NCBI GenBank assembly: GCA_012295275.1
Contig: CM022672.1
Location: forward strand, 24,056,001 to 24,120,000
Direction: 5' to 3'
DNA: 64,000 nt
From: Chrysomallon squamiferum
Lineage: Eukaryota > Animalia > Mollusca
The position numbers were made by a program, and so were the translations under genes. Below are positions 15,494 through 28,500 of the stretch, piece after piece. Position 1 is the stretch's first letter. Each line of letters opens with the position of its first letter. Under the pieces are notes generated by a model. The model did not search any database and was not told the origin of the DNA. It saw nothing but the letters and a program-made list of their open reading frames with translations.

Positions 15494-17744
15494 GCAATGC
15501 ATTAAGACTAAACTATAAAAAAGAAATTATTTTCAAACCAAATCTCTCCTTTAAAATGCACTATATTAATTTCATATTTAAAGCACATTATACTCATCTT
15601 GCATTTAAAATGCACTACATTCAAGTACATTCAAAATTTACTAATATCTGCTGCACATTAAACTCTGAGCTAAATATGAACAAAAACCAAGCATAATTAT
15701 TAATGATAATAATTTAAAATATGTGTCGACTACTAACTACTACTACCTCATTGGATATTTTCATGGATATTAACTACATAATCTTAAGTTAAACAAAAAT
15801 CCACCTACCACTTTTGTTTCTTCACGATGACGTTCTATTTCCAGTGGCATCATTTCTTCTGTATGATCTTTTACTAAGACAATCTGCTGGTCTTGTTCAT
15901 CAGATAGTCTGCAGCAGAAACATTTTTAAAATCACTGTTTTTCATTTCTTGATCAGAAATATAAAATAAAGCTCAGCTTATAATTATAGATGAGCTGATA
16001 TTACAGTTAAGTCAATTTTTTGTTAAAATAAGATGCATATTTTATTTTACTTTTTCTTTAAAAAAATTAATTAATTAACAATTTTTTTGATTATATCATA
16101 CTGGTTTTGGTTTTATTTTGAGACATTTGGTTGCTATTGTTGGGTTTTTCTTTCCTTTTCTTTTATTGTTGTTTTGTTTGGAGTTTAGGGAGATTTTTTT
16201 TAGAGGGCATGGGAGTTTTAAAGAAAACTGATTTATGCTTCATCTTAACTCTCTTCATAGTACAAACAGAAGATATTATTATCTCTATTCTAGGTATAAC
16301 TTTATTTAATTTAATATAAAATTAAAAAAAAAAAAAATTCAATATCTACATTATTACACATGGAGTACAGAAAAACAGGAAGAGAATTAAAATTTCCATG
16401 GACAAAGCAAAATCTAAATGCCATTCATGCCAGAGCATTTGCAAAGACTTTGGATGGATTTTACCAACTTCAAAAATGTTTTTATAACACATATATGTGC
16501 ATTATTATATGTGTGGTACACCATACCTTGGAGAATCACCTGGTTTTTTTCTTGTACTCTTATTTGGATTTGGCACCCACATATAGCACTGTTTTGAGAG
16601 GAAGGTTTCATCCCATCTGCTGTTCAAGTCATCAATGTCAAATACTTCCTGGACTTCGACAACATGTAACTGAGGTAACTTATCATAATTTTGACTGGCT
16701 CGTCTTGGAGTTGGCATTAACCGTTTTCTTTCTAATGCTGAACTAGAAATGATAAAAAAAATAAAGATTATTCAAAAAGAAAATATTTTCTGTTAATAAT
16801 AATTAAATACACACGCTTAATTATGATATATGATTTAGTTTACACTAATTCAGATACATTTAAATAGATGGTACATTCTTTGACTGCTTTTAATCAAAAG
16901 AATCTTATAGCTAAGAAAAACACAACCAATTAAAAAAATTGATAAAAATTAATCTGAGTACAAATTTAATAATGTGTTACATACTGAATATGCTTATCAG
17001 ATGAGGTTTGATACAACCAGTGTCCATCATATCTGACAGGATACCGGTCATTGGGATCAAAACCATAGTCATCAAGCATGTTGTACATAGTCTGGTTTGG
17101 AAGATCTACATTAAAAATTCAAAAATATTATTTCAAAACATATAAACTATTCAAAATATAATTAGAAGATTATTTTATGCAAAATGCATTAGTTTTGGCA
17201 AAATAATAATTTTAGAAGAAAGAAAAATATATTCTAAAAAAACAAAAAAGCAAGTTAAAAAGTGCTTATAATAATACAAGTTTTTTCTGAAATAAAAATC
17301 AAATGAAAAGGTAAAATATGGTAATAAATTATTTTAATTCATATTTATAGAATTTTAAGTGATCATTTTATAAAGAAATTAGTATAAGCATTTGTGTCAA
17401 CTAAAATAAGCATATGATAAGAGATATAAGTTAAAATGAAAAACCTTTAAACTTAAAGTCATTCAAAATGTGAGTTTTCTAAAAAATGTAAGATCTTTTC
17501 AAATAGTATGAAATATATATTATAGAAAAAAACACAAAAAAATTAATATAAAATATTTACCCGTTTCTGTAGGTTCTTCATCATCTAGTGGCTGGGTCAT
17601 GATTGTATAATGTGGGAATCCTTTATCTTTTCTTGATGTTGACTCCCAACAAGAAGGATGAGTGCAGTGAGGACCACATGACGTTTCATCCTCTACTGCT
17701 ATCGCAACATCAGCTGAGGGTGAATATGGACTTGCTAAAGTCAT
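2889..17744 (-). CDS. C9orf43/DUF4647-like uncharacterised protein, 14 coding exons, ~1175 aa if the last-exon frameshift is corrected
   Basis: Phase-consistent GT-AG exons (minus): 17744-17561, 17105-16985, 16742-16527, 15908-15809, 13370-13270, 11394-11329, 9475-9078, 8735-8595, 7694-7540, 7230-7038, 5982-5890, 5521-5234, 4859-4701, 4200-2889. The N-terminal motifs DETSCGPHCTHPSCW...KGFP, DLPNQTMYNMLD and KLPQLHVVEV...CYMWVP resemble human C9orf43 (DETTCGLAVCQHPQCW...RGHP, LPVLTVVDIL, VLWIP) as recalled. The remainder is low-complexity S/E/K/P-rich. Confidence 0.75.
4701..4859 (-). CDS. Gene 1 exon (SLDKINLEK...GLYYDVPGTTKETT)
   Basis: TTTACAG acceptor, AG|GTAAC donor, phase 1->1. Confidence 0.8.
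4923..4961 (+). repeat. (GT)n microsatellite
   Basis: Direct inspection. Confidence 0.95.
5234..5521 (-). CDS. Gene 1 exon with 13-aa tandem repeats (EKEIIEKPSNEES)
   Basis: TTTACAG acceptor, G|GTGACA donor, phase 1->1; overlaps ORF 5217..5561. Confidence 0.8.
5890..5982 (-). CDS. Gene 1 exon (DNVIEELEMEIQKLRK...)
   Basis: CAGCAG tandem acceptor, GTATGA donor, phase 1->1. Confidence 0.75.
7038..7230 (-). CDS. Gene 1 SP-rich exon (SPKGTKSTRG...SPASSPFPDII)
   Basis: TTTTCAG acceptor, G|GTAAGT donor, phase 0->1. Confidence 0.85.
7540..7694 (-). CDS. Gene 1 exon (PVPSTPSS...YDPKYIQSK)
   Basis: Poly-T CTTAG acceptor, GTAAGT donor, phase 1->0. Confidence 0.85.
7891..7969 (-). mobile_element. 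Possible decayed tRNA-derived SINE head
   Basis: Minus strand reads GGAGCAGATTATAGCTCATTAGCTAGTGTGCTGGCCTG..., with an A-box-like TAGCTCA; no intact B-box or cloverleaf. Confidence 0.25.
8595..8735 (-). CDS. Gene 1 exon (LEGDKVSYQQ...LPELPSGVTHVRPFTYRNRQFLDLSI)
   Basis: TTTAG acceptor, G|GTCAGT donor, phase 1->1. Confidence 0.85.
9078..9475 (-). CDS. Gene 1 exon (DFTSKKKIQTE...KKPLPDIGNTG)
   Basis: TTTCAG acceptor, GTAAGT donor, phase 2->1; overlaps ORF 9019..9375. Confidence 0.85.
11329..11394 (-). CDS. Gene 1 exon (LRDLLELPRDILMQVLDRLKE)
   Basis: TGCAG acceptor, AG|GTATTA donor, phase 2->2. Confidence 0.8.
13270..13370 (-). CDS. Gene 1 exon (KKVSSHSSNVARPRTHLK...)
   Basis: TTTAG acceptor, GTATGT donor, phase 0->2. 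Confidence 0.8.
15408..15493 (+). repeat. (CT)n(AT)n compound microsatellite
   Basis: Direct inspection. Confidence 0.95.
15809..15908 (-). CDS. Gene 1 exon (LSDEQDQQIVLVKDHTEEMMPLE...)
   Basis: TGCAG acceptor, GTAGGT donor, phase 2->0. Confidence 0.8.
16527..16742 (-). CDS. Gene 1 exon (SALERKRLMPTPRR...CYMWVPNPNK...)
   Basis: TTTCTAG acceptor, AG|GTATGG donor, phase 2->2; overlaps ORF 16505..16717. Confidence 0.85.
16985..17105 (-). CDS. Gene 1 exon (DLPNQTMYNMLDDYGFDPND...)
   Basis: TAG acceptor, GTATGT donor, phase 1->2, open frame. Confidence 0.85.
17561..17744 (-). CDS. Gene 1 first main coding exon (MTLASPYSPS...SCGPHCTHPSCW...EEPTET)
   Basis: Poly-T + CAG acceptor at 17768-17770, ATG at 17744, donor G|GTAAAT at 17560, ends in phase 1. 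Confidence 0.85.
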
Positions 17745-18119
17745 TCTATAATCTATCTGGTTTTGCTCTGTAAAAAAAAAAAAAAAAAAAAAGAAGTTAT
17801 AATAATAATAATAATAAAATATACAAATAAATAAATAAAAATTAAAAATCATAACTGCTATTACAAAAATGTATAACTTTATAAAATGAATACTAATTAA
17901 TAAGGTACTTGTATATAAAAGTACATTTAAAATTATATATAAATAAATAAATAAATAATTGTAAGAGTGGGAATAGAATGTGTACAAAACCATAAGCATT
18001 TTAGATTTTTATTTATTTTATATTCTTTTTAAAGAAAAGATTATTTAATCAATTTAATCTGTCCACTTTATTTTCACATGATATGTATTTGTTTAATTTA
18101 AACATAAATCAATCTGGTA

Positions 18120-18162
<43 letters not shown>

Positions 18163-18350
18163 ACACATATATATATATATATATATATACATACATATAC
18201 ATATACTCACATACACACATTAAATGACATTTTTTATTTATTAAACACTAATAACAATATATACAAAAAACTCATAATTTTGTACTATTTTCGTAAGTTC
18301 TACTGTTTATGTTATATTTCTCTTAATATTAATAATAATAATAATAATTA

Positions 18351-18419
<69 letters not shown>

Positions 18420-18739
18420 AATATTTTTTTTAAATATGTACATTTGCCTTAAATATATACATCATACAGGAATAAAGTGGATAAGTAAACGACATAGATC
18501 ATATTCCCAAAACATGTATCACAGATGACAGAATCTGCTGAAGCAGTGAAGGAATTATAACTAGTTTTCCGCTTTATGTCACAATTTCACTTTTTCTTGA
18601 AAAATATGCATAACATGCCTATGCATAAACCTTTCTATTAAATAATGCAACATACTCATAATATAAAAACTTCAAAAGACATAAATCCATCCTTTTTAAA
18701 AGTGTTGAAAATAACAAGTTGTTTGTTTTGATTTCCACC

Positions 18740-19000
18740 ATTCTGTGGTGGCCATTTTGAAACAACTTCCTGGCAACTAGCAGACACGCACAAATTTTAA
18801 TTACATAAAATTGTTTTAGACATTTAACACAATATTTGTATTTATTTATTTATTAATGAAATAATGTTAATGATTTATCCTGACTACAACACAAAATTTT
18901 TGTTTTTTATATTTGTCCCGTAACTAGCGGAAGTATTTTTGACGGAACTGGAGTTTTATTCCTGCCATCCTGGACGTGCTTTTGTCACATCAAGATTAGT
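18740..19000. promoter_or_regulatory. Bidirectional promoter between gene 1 (-) and endophilin-B (+)
   Basis: Head-to-head genes. YY1-like GCCATTTTG (18751-18759), overlapping ETS/RFX-like ACTTCCTGGCAAC (18765-18777), ETS-like GCGGAAGT (18927-18934), and locally retained CpGs. Confidence 0.6.
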
Positions 19001-19001
19001 C

Positions 19002-19079
19002 ATGGATGTTAATACGATGAACGCAAAATTCAAGAAATTTGCTGGTGCAACAGCAACAGCATTTAATAGAGCTGTGCAG
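19002..19079 (+). CDS. SH3GLB1: Endophilin-B exon 1 (helix H0; MDVNTMNAKFKKFAGATATAFNRAVQ)
   Basis: ATG at 19002, CAG|GTATTA donor, phase 0. Confidence 0.9.
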
Positions 19080-22000
19080 GTATTATACAAAATTTATTTC
19101 TGTCTTTACTTGTAAAATTTAAATCAAACAATCATTGGTGATGCAGCCATTGCAGGTCAACTTGTACAACTTGTAGTCTTAGTCACAGTGGAAATCACCC
19201 GCCCACTTCATACTGAATCATAGTTGTAAACAATGCTAATTCACTGAAGCAAATCTAAAATGACATAATAGTCAAAAACACTTTTATTTTTTATTTACCT
19301 GGTTTCATACAGACATTTTGCTGCTAAAAGTATTATGATCGTTATTATATAACGAAATTAATGTTAAAAATTCCAAATTATTGATTTAGTTTTAATTTGT
19401 ATTTAATCAGTTTTTATATATAATATTAAAAATGAGCATATAATGATATATGTATATTCATTTTATTTTGCAGTGATATTTTGTATAATTATTACCAGGT
19501 TTATTAAAATATTTTGTTTCATCGTTGCCCTTCAAGTACAGATATACAAAAAATAAATGTTAATTACAGTTTTTATTAGTAACTTTTGTTTTTTTAGATA
19601 ATGTTTAAGGTTGGTCCCTAATATTTAATACAGTATAAAATTAATTGTGAAATTTTAATAATTTTATAGAATACTGATACTGTTAAATAATTAATAAATT
19701 ATCAGTAGAGTTAATAGTTATATTATTAGAGGATATGCTTAAAATATACGCTTACCAAATCTCAAATTTTCTAACCCATATATAATATACCTTTTTGTAT
19801 GTTTAATTATTACTGCCCACATGTCTAGTATTCATTGACATTCCATGGTGAAAAGTTATCATTCTTCCAATTTTCATAAAGCAAGGCTTTCATTAACAGA
19901 AGGATTACAGGAGGGTTTTTTTTTTTTTTTTTTTTTTTGAGTAAATAACAATATAAAACTAATTAAAAATTGCCATTTTATTTGCTGTTATTTCCACATG
20001 TTTTATGTGTTAAAAATGTTTGTCTCAGTAAACAGCACTTTTCTATTAGTCTTAAAACACAAGAGAGACAAAAAAAAAAAAATACATTTTCCTGTTTCCT
20101 ACTTCCTGTTTTAAAAATAGATTGTGTGATATAAGTCTGATATGACTCTAGATTGCAGGCAGCTTTCGCCATATACCATCAGCATATTTTAATAGATTTT
20201 CTGTTTTTCTATTGACAGTTTTACATTTTAGTAATTTATTATTTATTTATTTCACTTATTTTTTAATCTATTTATTAATTTTTTAAACTTTATAATTATC
20301 ATTGTCATTATTATCATTATCATTGTCTTTATTGCTATTATTATTATTATTATTATAACTTTATTTATTTCACTTATTTTTTAATCTATTTATTAATTTT
20401 TTAAACTTTATAATTATCATTGTCATTATTATCATTATCATTGTCTTTATTGCTATTATTATTATTATTATTATTATTATAACTTTGTAAGTATTTTATT
20501 TTAATGCTTGTGAGATAATATTTTATGTATTATCTTTAAAGTTATACATTATTTATTAATTTGTTGTTAATCAATCATCAGTACTTTTACCTGGTATGCC
20601 TTTCAATTTAAAAATATTAGTTTATAATCAGTTAAAATAAATGGTTTTGGAGTTTAAATAAATTAAAATGATTGATCAACAGAATAAAAAGCTAATGATT
20701 ATAATAAAAAAAACCTGAAGGTTCTATTTTGTAATTAGCACACTGTTTCAGTAATAATAACAAGAAGAAGAAGAAGAAGAATATATAAAATAAAAAAAGG
20801 AAAGAAATTTTTATTTTTATTTTTTAAATTTATTATTATTATTATTGCTGTTGTTATTGTTATGTATGATTATTATTGTTGTTGTTGTTGGCTTTTTTGG
20901 GTTTGTTTTGCCTTTGCTTTCTTCATAAATTTATTTATATCGTAGCCACTATTATCATATCAGTCAACTATAAATCAGTCATTGGCCTGAAAAGCTGAAA
21001 AATTTCTGCTTCGGCATCAAAAATATATTGATTCCAGTAGGAAGTTCATTGCTGGGCTTAATCCATGTAAACATGTTTCTGTGACTGCAGTAACTAAACC
21101 AGTGATAATAATGTGATGTTTCTTGATGATCTTCCTTTTAATTAAATGAACATTCATCTTTTTCCATTTTATCAATATTATTAATACAGTTTGGCAACAA
21201 ATGCCATATGTTATCACTGAAAAAAAGAAATAAATTACTCAGAAGCATTTACTACACAAATTTTAAGTGGTAAATATAATGTAAATTATATGTTAGAATT
21301 TGCTTGCAAATTCTTAGTTTTTATATTTATGTATATCAGATAACATTTTAAATTCAAATAATGTCTGATGTCTTTACAAATCATTAATCCAAAATAGCTG
21401 ATAATGCAGTTTTGTTCAGTAATGCAAAGATCAGACAGCACAAGAAACATTGACTTGGGAAATTTGTGTCAAATGCCAATTATCTCATTTTAAAGAGAGC
21501 ATGAACAGAATATTGACCATCTTCTACTGACTAACCTTGTACAGTTCTATATAATAAGAGCTCTGGGAGTAACCTCAGCATATACAAAATGTAAATCTGT
21601 CAAGTCATCAGCAGCAGAAAAACCCATCAGTATTCCTGTTGAACAGATGTGATTTCTTCTAAGCTAGTCATTCTGTGATAATGCTAATATTCAATCAATT
21701 TTTGCTGAGACAATCTTATTCATAATACATTAATTATATTTTTTATTTTTTATTGTATAACAACAATAATGTGATATTGATATCTCTATTTTATTGCATG
21801 TATGTACGTGTGTATACAAATATATTTTTCTTTTTTCCTTTCTTTTTTTTAAATATCTGGTAAATTCAATTATTTCATTAATAAATGCACTCAATTATTT
21901 CAAAAACAAAAATCCATTTTCTCTCAAAGTTCATCAAAAGCTATAGTATCTGTTTTCCTGTCTTATGGAAATTTATAGAAGACTCCATGTTATAAAGCAG

Positions 22001-25000
22001 TAAATGTAGCACAAGGAGGAAAGGTTGCCTTGTTATCTTATCACATATATCACAACCAAAACACAACATGTAATTAAATATATTATGTAAATATAATTTT
22101 AACATTTGTAGTTCACTGAAGAAAAACTTGGATCAGCTGAAAAGACAGAACTTGATGCACATTTTGAAAATTTAATGAATCGATCTGAAAAGACAAAACT
22201 ATGGACAGAACGCATATTGAAACAAACAGAAGCTGTCATCCAGCCAAACCCAAGTAACATTTAATATTTTATTTTTCTTTGTATTAATATTTTGATAGGG
22301 AAGTTTGCTTCAGGTTTTGGTTTTAGAAACTGAAGAACTTTGTCATGTGTCTTCAAATAAGTAGAAATTTAATTTTATTTTTCATTTCTAATCACATTAT
22401 CAGTCTGATACATCATTTTCAAACTGGATATGTTTGCATTTTGCAGTTAAGATGTATATTTGATAATTAAAAACTAGAAATATAAAAACAATGAAATATG
22501 TGGGTGTTAAAAAGTTTATATTGATAGTAATAACTCTCATCAATAAAATGTTTGATTATGATCATTTTTAGACCAAAGGATGGAAGATTTGCTATATGAA
22601 AAACTCGACAAGAAGAAAAAAGATCGCATGACTCAGACAGAACAACTTGGACAATACATGGTGGATGCTGGTAATGATTTTGGGCCAGGAACAGCATATG
22701 GTAACTTCTTAAAAATATTTATTGCTGCAGTTGATGTTTGAGTTATGAGGCTTATTTGGTGTTTTTGCTTATTGGTTTTCGTTAAGCATTTAGAACTAGA
22801 TTTCAGTTTATTTAGTTTCAGAACTAATTTTCCACCTGAAATATGTTTCATATTAATTAAGGAAAATATAAACTGTACATGGAGTTGAATGGTTTGAAAC
22901 TAGCAGAATGTGTTTAAAGTTTAAATTTGTGAGGCACTCGGACAAGAGGAAATGCTCGGAACCCCCAAACAAAGATTGTGATACATATATTTTCCAAAGG
23001 AGCCCACAAATGTATTTCTAAAAAAAGCAAACTTTATGCAAACTTGGCAAAAACTGATAATTGATATGACATTTTTAGTATTCACTATTGCAAATGCAAA
23101 GAAACAAGAAAAAGTCCACTGAAATTAGACAACTGGAGGCAGTCCATTCACCATAAAATGTCCTTAGCAGTCATGCATTTTTAAGCTGCTTAAGCTATAC
23201 ATCTTTGAGAAAACAAGTCTAGATATAGTTCAGCAAGAATGATTTAGAATGTCTCAATCACATTTGTGGGGGGTCATTCTTTTTGGGGCGGGCGGGGTGT
23301 CTTTGTTTAAAGAGCAGCAAATCTGCAAATTTAGCATAAACAAAATTTGTCTGTTTGTTTGTATAATTTCAATTTCAGATGCTTTTTAAAATATTTAGCA
23401 TCATCTATTTTAAGGTGGTTAAAATGACACAGAATGTAATTGTTAAATAATTAGTTTTATGTTTATACACATAAAATTACTACAAACATTTGATGTTTAA
23501 TCATATTCCTGTATAATACACAAAGTCATCTAATCATTAGAGCCAACTCCAGAAAGGTGTTGCAGGTCCCAATTAGGCTCAATAAACTGTTGTTAATCAC
23601 AAGTTTAAAGGTAAGTTGGATATTTGAAGAAGGAACATTATACAGTGTTTTCTTAGTTTTGTACATGATGTGATTTGGCTGCAGACAAAAGTTACCTATC
23701 TGATGTTGGTAATATTTTCTCTGAGAGAGCAAATCAACATTTGAAGCAAAACAAAATCACTGTATAAAGCACTTAAGATATTTCAAAAAAGTTATCAATT
23801 TATTTTTTCTCATGTTGGATTCAGCACTCAAGAAATACTATGATTAGCAGTTGAAATTCTTTCTTTATACAGTTTAATAAAGAATTTCAAAACAATTTAT
23901 TTTTGAATATGTATACATACTTTCTGGGTACATTGATATACTTATATGTGCTACATAGTTTTATGGTTATAAATAATTGCCTTCTAAAATTATATTTATT
24001 ATATAGAAGTTAAAAGTGTACTGTTACATATATTTGTTACTTTGCTATTGTATCATATTTAAACTTTTACTGAAGTGGCCTTTATTAATACATTTGATCC
24101 AGTATGTTTCCACATTTGTTATATATGTGATAATTTAATAGCATCTGTATCTGTAGTAAAATGGTTAAGACTCATATTTATCACGAGTGATTACAGTATT
24201 GAACATATAAAATATGTGTACTTAATTGATTTTCATGCAAACAGCTGACACAGGCATGTTTTCATAAGTTTCATAGCTATGCAGTTATCGAAGGTTTATC
24301 ATAGTGGAGAAAATTATAATACCATGGTATGCAAGAATCAATTATGTTATTAGATCATTAAAAGAAAATGTCAGTCTATTAAAATTACCGTGGTCAAATT
24401 CTAATCAGACAATTACAGGTATTTACTTTCTGCTGATCTGCAATATATAATTATATTGAAGTGAAAACTAAAAAGCTTTTGCCTGCATGCATTTTGTTCA
24501 TTTATATGTACTTAAAATAACATTCAAAGGAAAAAAATGTATGTAAATAAATTCTCAAGGAAACTACATAGTTTCTGAGTATTTACAAAGAATGTCATCT
24601 GATTCCTGTTAATAGCAATACCGGATAAACTCTTTTCACTTATGGAAGCTGTTCTCGAGTCACTAGATCTGTTTAAGCTTCAACATCAATATCTGTAGGC
24701 AGATGTGTCATACAACTACACCAAGTTCAAGTATTCCCTTAGGTGCCGGTCTTCACAAATCAATAATCAATAATGCTGAAGTCCAGACAGGTTTCGCTTT
24801 TAATTTAGCAGAATTTGTATGAGTCAGAGCTGGTATAAACTACTGTAACTGCATGTATGCAGCAGTTGTGCTGATTAGCTACATAAAATGTGTTAAAATA
24901 CAGGGAAATGACAGCAAGGCATTGTGCTAAGACTGTCATGATTATAATGTGACACTATCCACACATGTAAACTGCCACTACCAAACCATATGGAACGAAA

Positions 25001-25500
25001 TTACTATAATATGTTATAAGCAGATAAACCATAATTCATCTCCTTTTCTTCTTTTTTTTTCAATATTGATTAAAATGTCTGGAAAATGATTTACAATTTG
25101 GTAGTTATTATTACACTATTATATTAACATATATTTTACATAAAAAATAAATAAATTTAAAATGTTAATAATGTGAAAAACAGGCCGTCTACTTTCAATA
25201 ACATTTTGAATGAGTTAAAAAACAAATCCAGAAAATAAAAAGTCCTTTGTTGTTCTCTTATAAATACATTAGCGTAGCTATGTTTATTTTGTTCATTTTG
25301 TTTTCATCTCATTCAAAAGCAAAATTTACTTTTCCTACCACAAAAAAATTTCTTTTTCTTTAAAACAGCATGAACTAAGAACATTGCATTCATTGTTCAT
25401 TACTTTTTCCCTCATAGCAATGAATTTATGTATTTTTGTATTTTTTTAAATTATTTTTCATCATGTGTGTGTGTATGTATATATATATATATATATATAT

Positions 25501-25539
<39 letters not shown>

Positions 25540-28500
25540 TTAGAAATGTACACTAAGATCCATTTCACTGTTTTGTACATGCAGGTAATGCGCTTGTTAA
25601 GTGTGGTCAAGCACAGATGCAAGTTGGCAATGCTGAGAGAGAATTTATGCAATCTACAGTCAACAACTTCCTTCAACCATTAAAAAACTTCCTTGATGGT
25701 GATATGAAGACAATTATGGTAAAACACTGAACAAAAACTTTAATCAGTATACACTGATGTACAGACTGATTTATAAAGCTAGAACACTTTTGTTTACTTA
25801 GTTTGATTTGTAATTTTCATTAAGTAAAATTGTGTCTGTTTTTCACTATTGTTAAACTACATGTCCTAAATTATTATATTATGCTTCATTAAGGAAAACC
25901 CCCAAACTGTAAATAGCTTTTTAAGTATACCAAGATGCTTTATTATTTTCATTTAGTTACCTTCCTCAAACATCTTTGATTATCATCTTTAAATAATTTT
26001 CCTTGTATAACTTTTTTTTAACAAATCAGACAAACAAAAATGACTTTTTGAAAGAAGTAGTTCAGAGAGGAATACAGTTTTCAAAGATTGATTCATGAAA
26101 CCAAACTAAATACACGTGATTACATAATTCATTTGCAGAAAGAAAAAAAGATTTTAGAAACAAAGCGCCTTGATCTTGATGCTTCAAAAAGTCGTCTGCG
26201 AAAAGCCAAGTCAACGACCAACCAACAACAGGTAGATATTAGCAAATTTTATGAGTTTTTTTTTTATTATTTTAATACATACTATTATTAACTAGTAAAA
26301 AAAAAAAATATAATAACTTAAGAATATTTTTTTATGACATTTTCATAATCTGAATTTATATTTGCTGTTCTTTTTACATTTGTGTTTACTGTGTATATTA
26401 GTTGTTTTTAAATAATGCAGTGTTTTTCTTTTAAAAATAAAAAAGGAGGGATAATTAGTCATTTTCTCTGGGTTTTATATTTACCTGGACCAATTATATT
26501 TTCTGTGTAACCTTTTAACTCGGTATGTAATATACATGTATATTGACAGGCATTAAAAAACTTTTGTTAAGATGGCACATTCATTCTTGTCTCACTACAT
26601 TATCTGTACTTTAAAAATGTTCATTTGTTTAGCATCTAGCATATCTTCCTTTAATTTCACATATCCACATTATTTGTAATAGCAGTTGATGTATTGGTGT
26701 TTTAACATATCTACATAATTTTTAATAGAAGTTGATATATTGGTGTTTTAAACTCTATTTATATATTTTTTATTTTTTTTAAATTTGTTTTAAAGATTAT
26801 TTTGAGAAGAAACGCTGTAATGGTTTCTTTGTTTATTCTTATATCTTATAATACATGTATTGATATATGAGTTATGTATTGTGTACTAAACTAGCCTCTA
26901 CATAACTGTAACAATTAGTATTATTTTTTTATTACTGACTTTTGGATATGACTGTTTCATAAAACTTTAAAAAAAAAAGAATTGATATCTAAAATGTAGT
27001 TTATTCTTTGAAACTGAAGAACATTAATTAAATTAGCAAATTTGTATGGGTCCTTAAAAATAAAATTGCTATTAATAATAAAATAATGTGAATAGTAATT
27101 TTCATTTTCATTAATTAATTTCGTAACTGATTTCACATTATTTCATTTCACCTGTACTCAAAATCTATGATCCATTTGACCCCAATGAAAAACAATAGAA
27201 TGAAAATCTCCGCAATGATTTAGATTACAGCCAATGTTTCACACTGGAATAACATATTTTTGTTTCGTTTAATCAGTATACACTGATTATGAATTATGGC
27301 ACCAAATATTTAATGAAAATGTTACAGTATATACTCACTAGCCAAGTATCATTTTCACTGTATCTGATCCACTTGGAATAGATGTCACTTTAAAAGATTA
27401 CTGTTTATATTTAAAATATATATGAGTCAATAGGGCACAAAGCAGAATTTTTTTTTTTTTTTTTTTTTTTGTAATTCTTACTGGTTGGTAAATGAAATAC
27501 ATTCATATGCAAACAATACTGTTATTTTTTTTCACATCAAAGCCAGTAACAAATGTCCAACTACCAAAAATATACACAATTTTTCTTCACATTAGTATTA
27601 CTACATTTTGTTCTTTCTGTTTCTAAATTATCAGTACATGAAAATTATTGATTACAAATTAATAGTTATAAAAAAAAAATGAAATTAATGGTTAATAATA
27701 GTTTAATATAATCTAAGCTGGAGTTCAGCAACTATTATTATTATTTTTTTTTTTCTAATAATGTTATTTCAATATTTTTTTTTTTTTTTTATATATATTT
27801 TTTTTTTATTTTTTAAATTTATTTATATTTTTTTATTTTTTTTTTTTTTTTTTTTTGAAAGATAATTACATTGATTTATTTAACTGTATGGTGCAAAGAT
27901 GAAATAATGGTGCTTACATTAATAATATTAATGTTTAGAAGTAATGAACATTACATTCACTAATTCACTGGTGTTCTTTTAGCATTTTAGTATTTATCAT
28001 TTTCACATTATTAGTAATTAACATATCTGTCTGTATTGAACATTTTATAACTTAGGAATTCTGTTTAATCTGCTGAAAGTGTTGCCATTCCCTGACAGTA
28101 AATAGTTTGTATTTATTTGGGTTTTGTTACAGTGTCCATTCTTTTCTCTTCTTTTTTTCTTTTTCTTTTATTGTTATTTTATACTTTTTAATTATTCATT
28201 TATTTATTTTATATATTATATGTATATTATTATTATTACTTAATATGAACAAGAAAAATCTTTTATTTAAAATATATCAATTACTTAATTTAGACTGAAG
28301 ACATAAAGGAGGTAATAATTGAAAATTTACAAAGTAGTCTTAGAGTATTATTTTTGCATCCCTTGTAATTCTTTTCATATTTTTGGTACATTTTGCTATT
28401 GTATTTAATTCCTGGATTTGTGAAGTTGTAACTTGTTATTAATATTACATTTATAATTTGTATAGATCTCTTCTCTTGATTTATAATGTTCTTTTTGTCT

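Noticed and set aside
20980-21700. Coding-like composition on the minus strand within endophilin-B intron 1 (nested gene?)
   Set aside because: All frames are interrupted by stops, with no coherent splice chain or recognisable domain.
22930-23300. Higher-GC intronic patch with an 11-bp inverted repeat (CCCACAAATGT / ACATTTGTGGG)
   Set aside because: Possibly an old transposon remnant, but ends and target-site duplication cannot be defined.
24141-24210. tRNA-like GTAGTAAAATGGTTAAGAC segment
   Set aside because: No T-loop/B-box or acceptor stem; at most a decayed SINE head.
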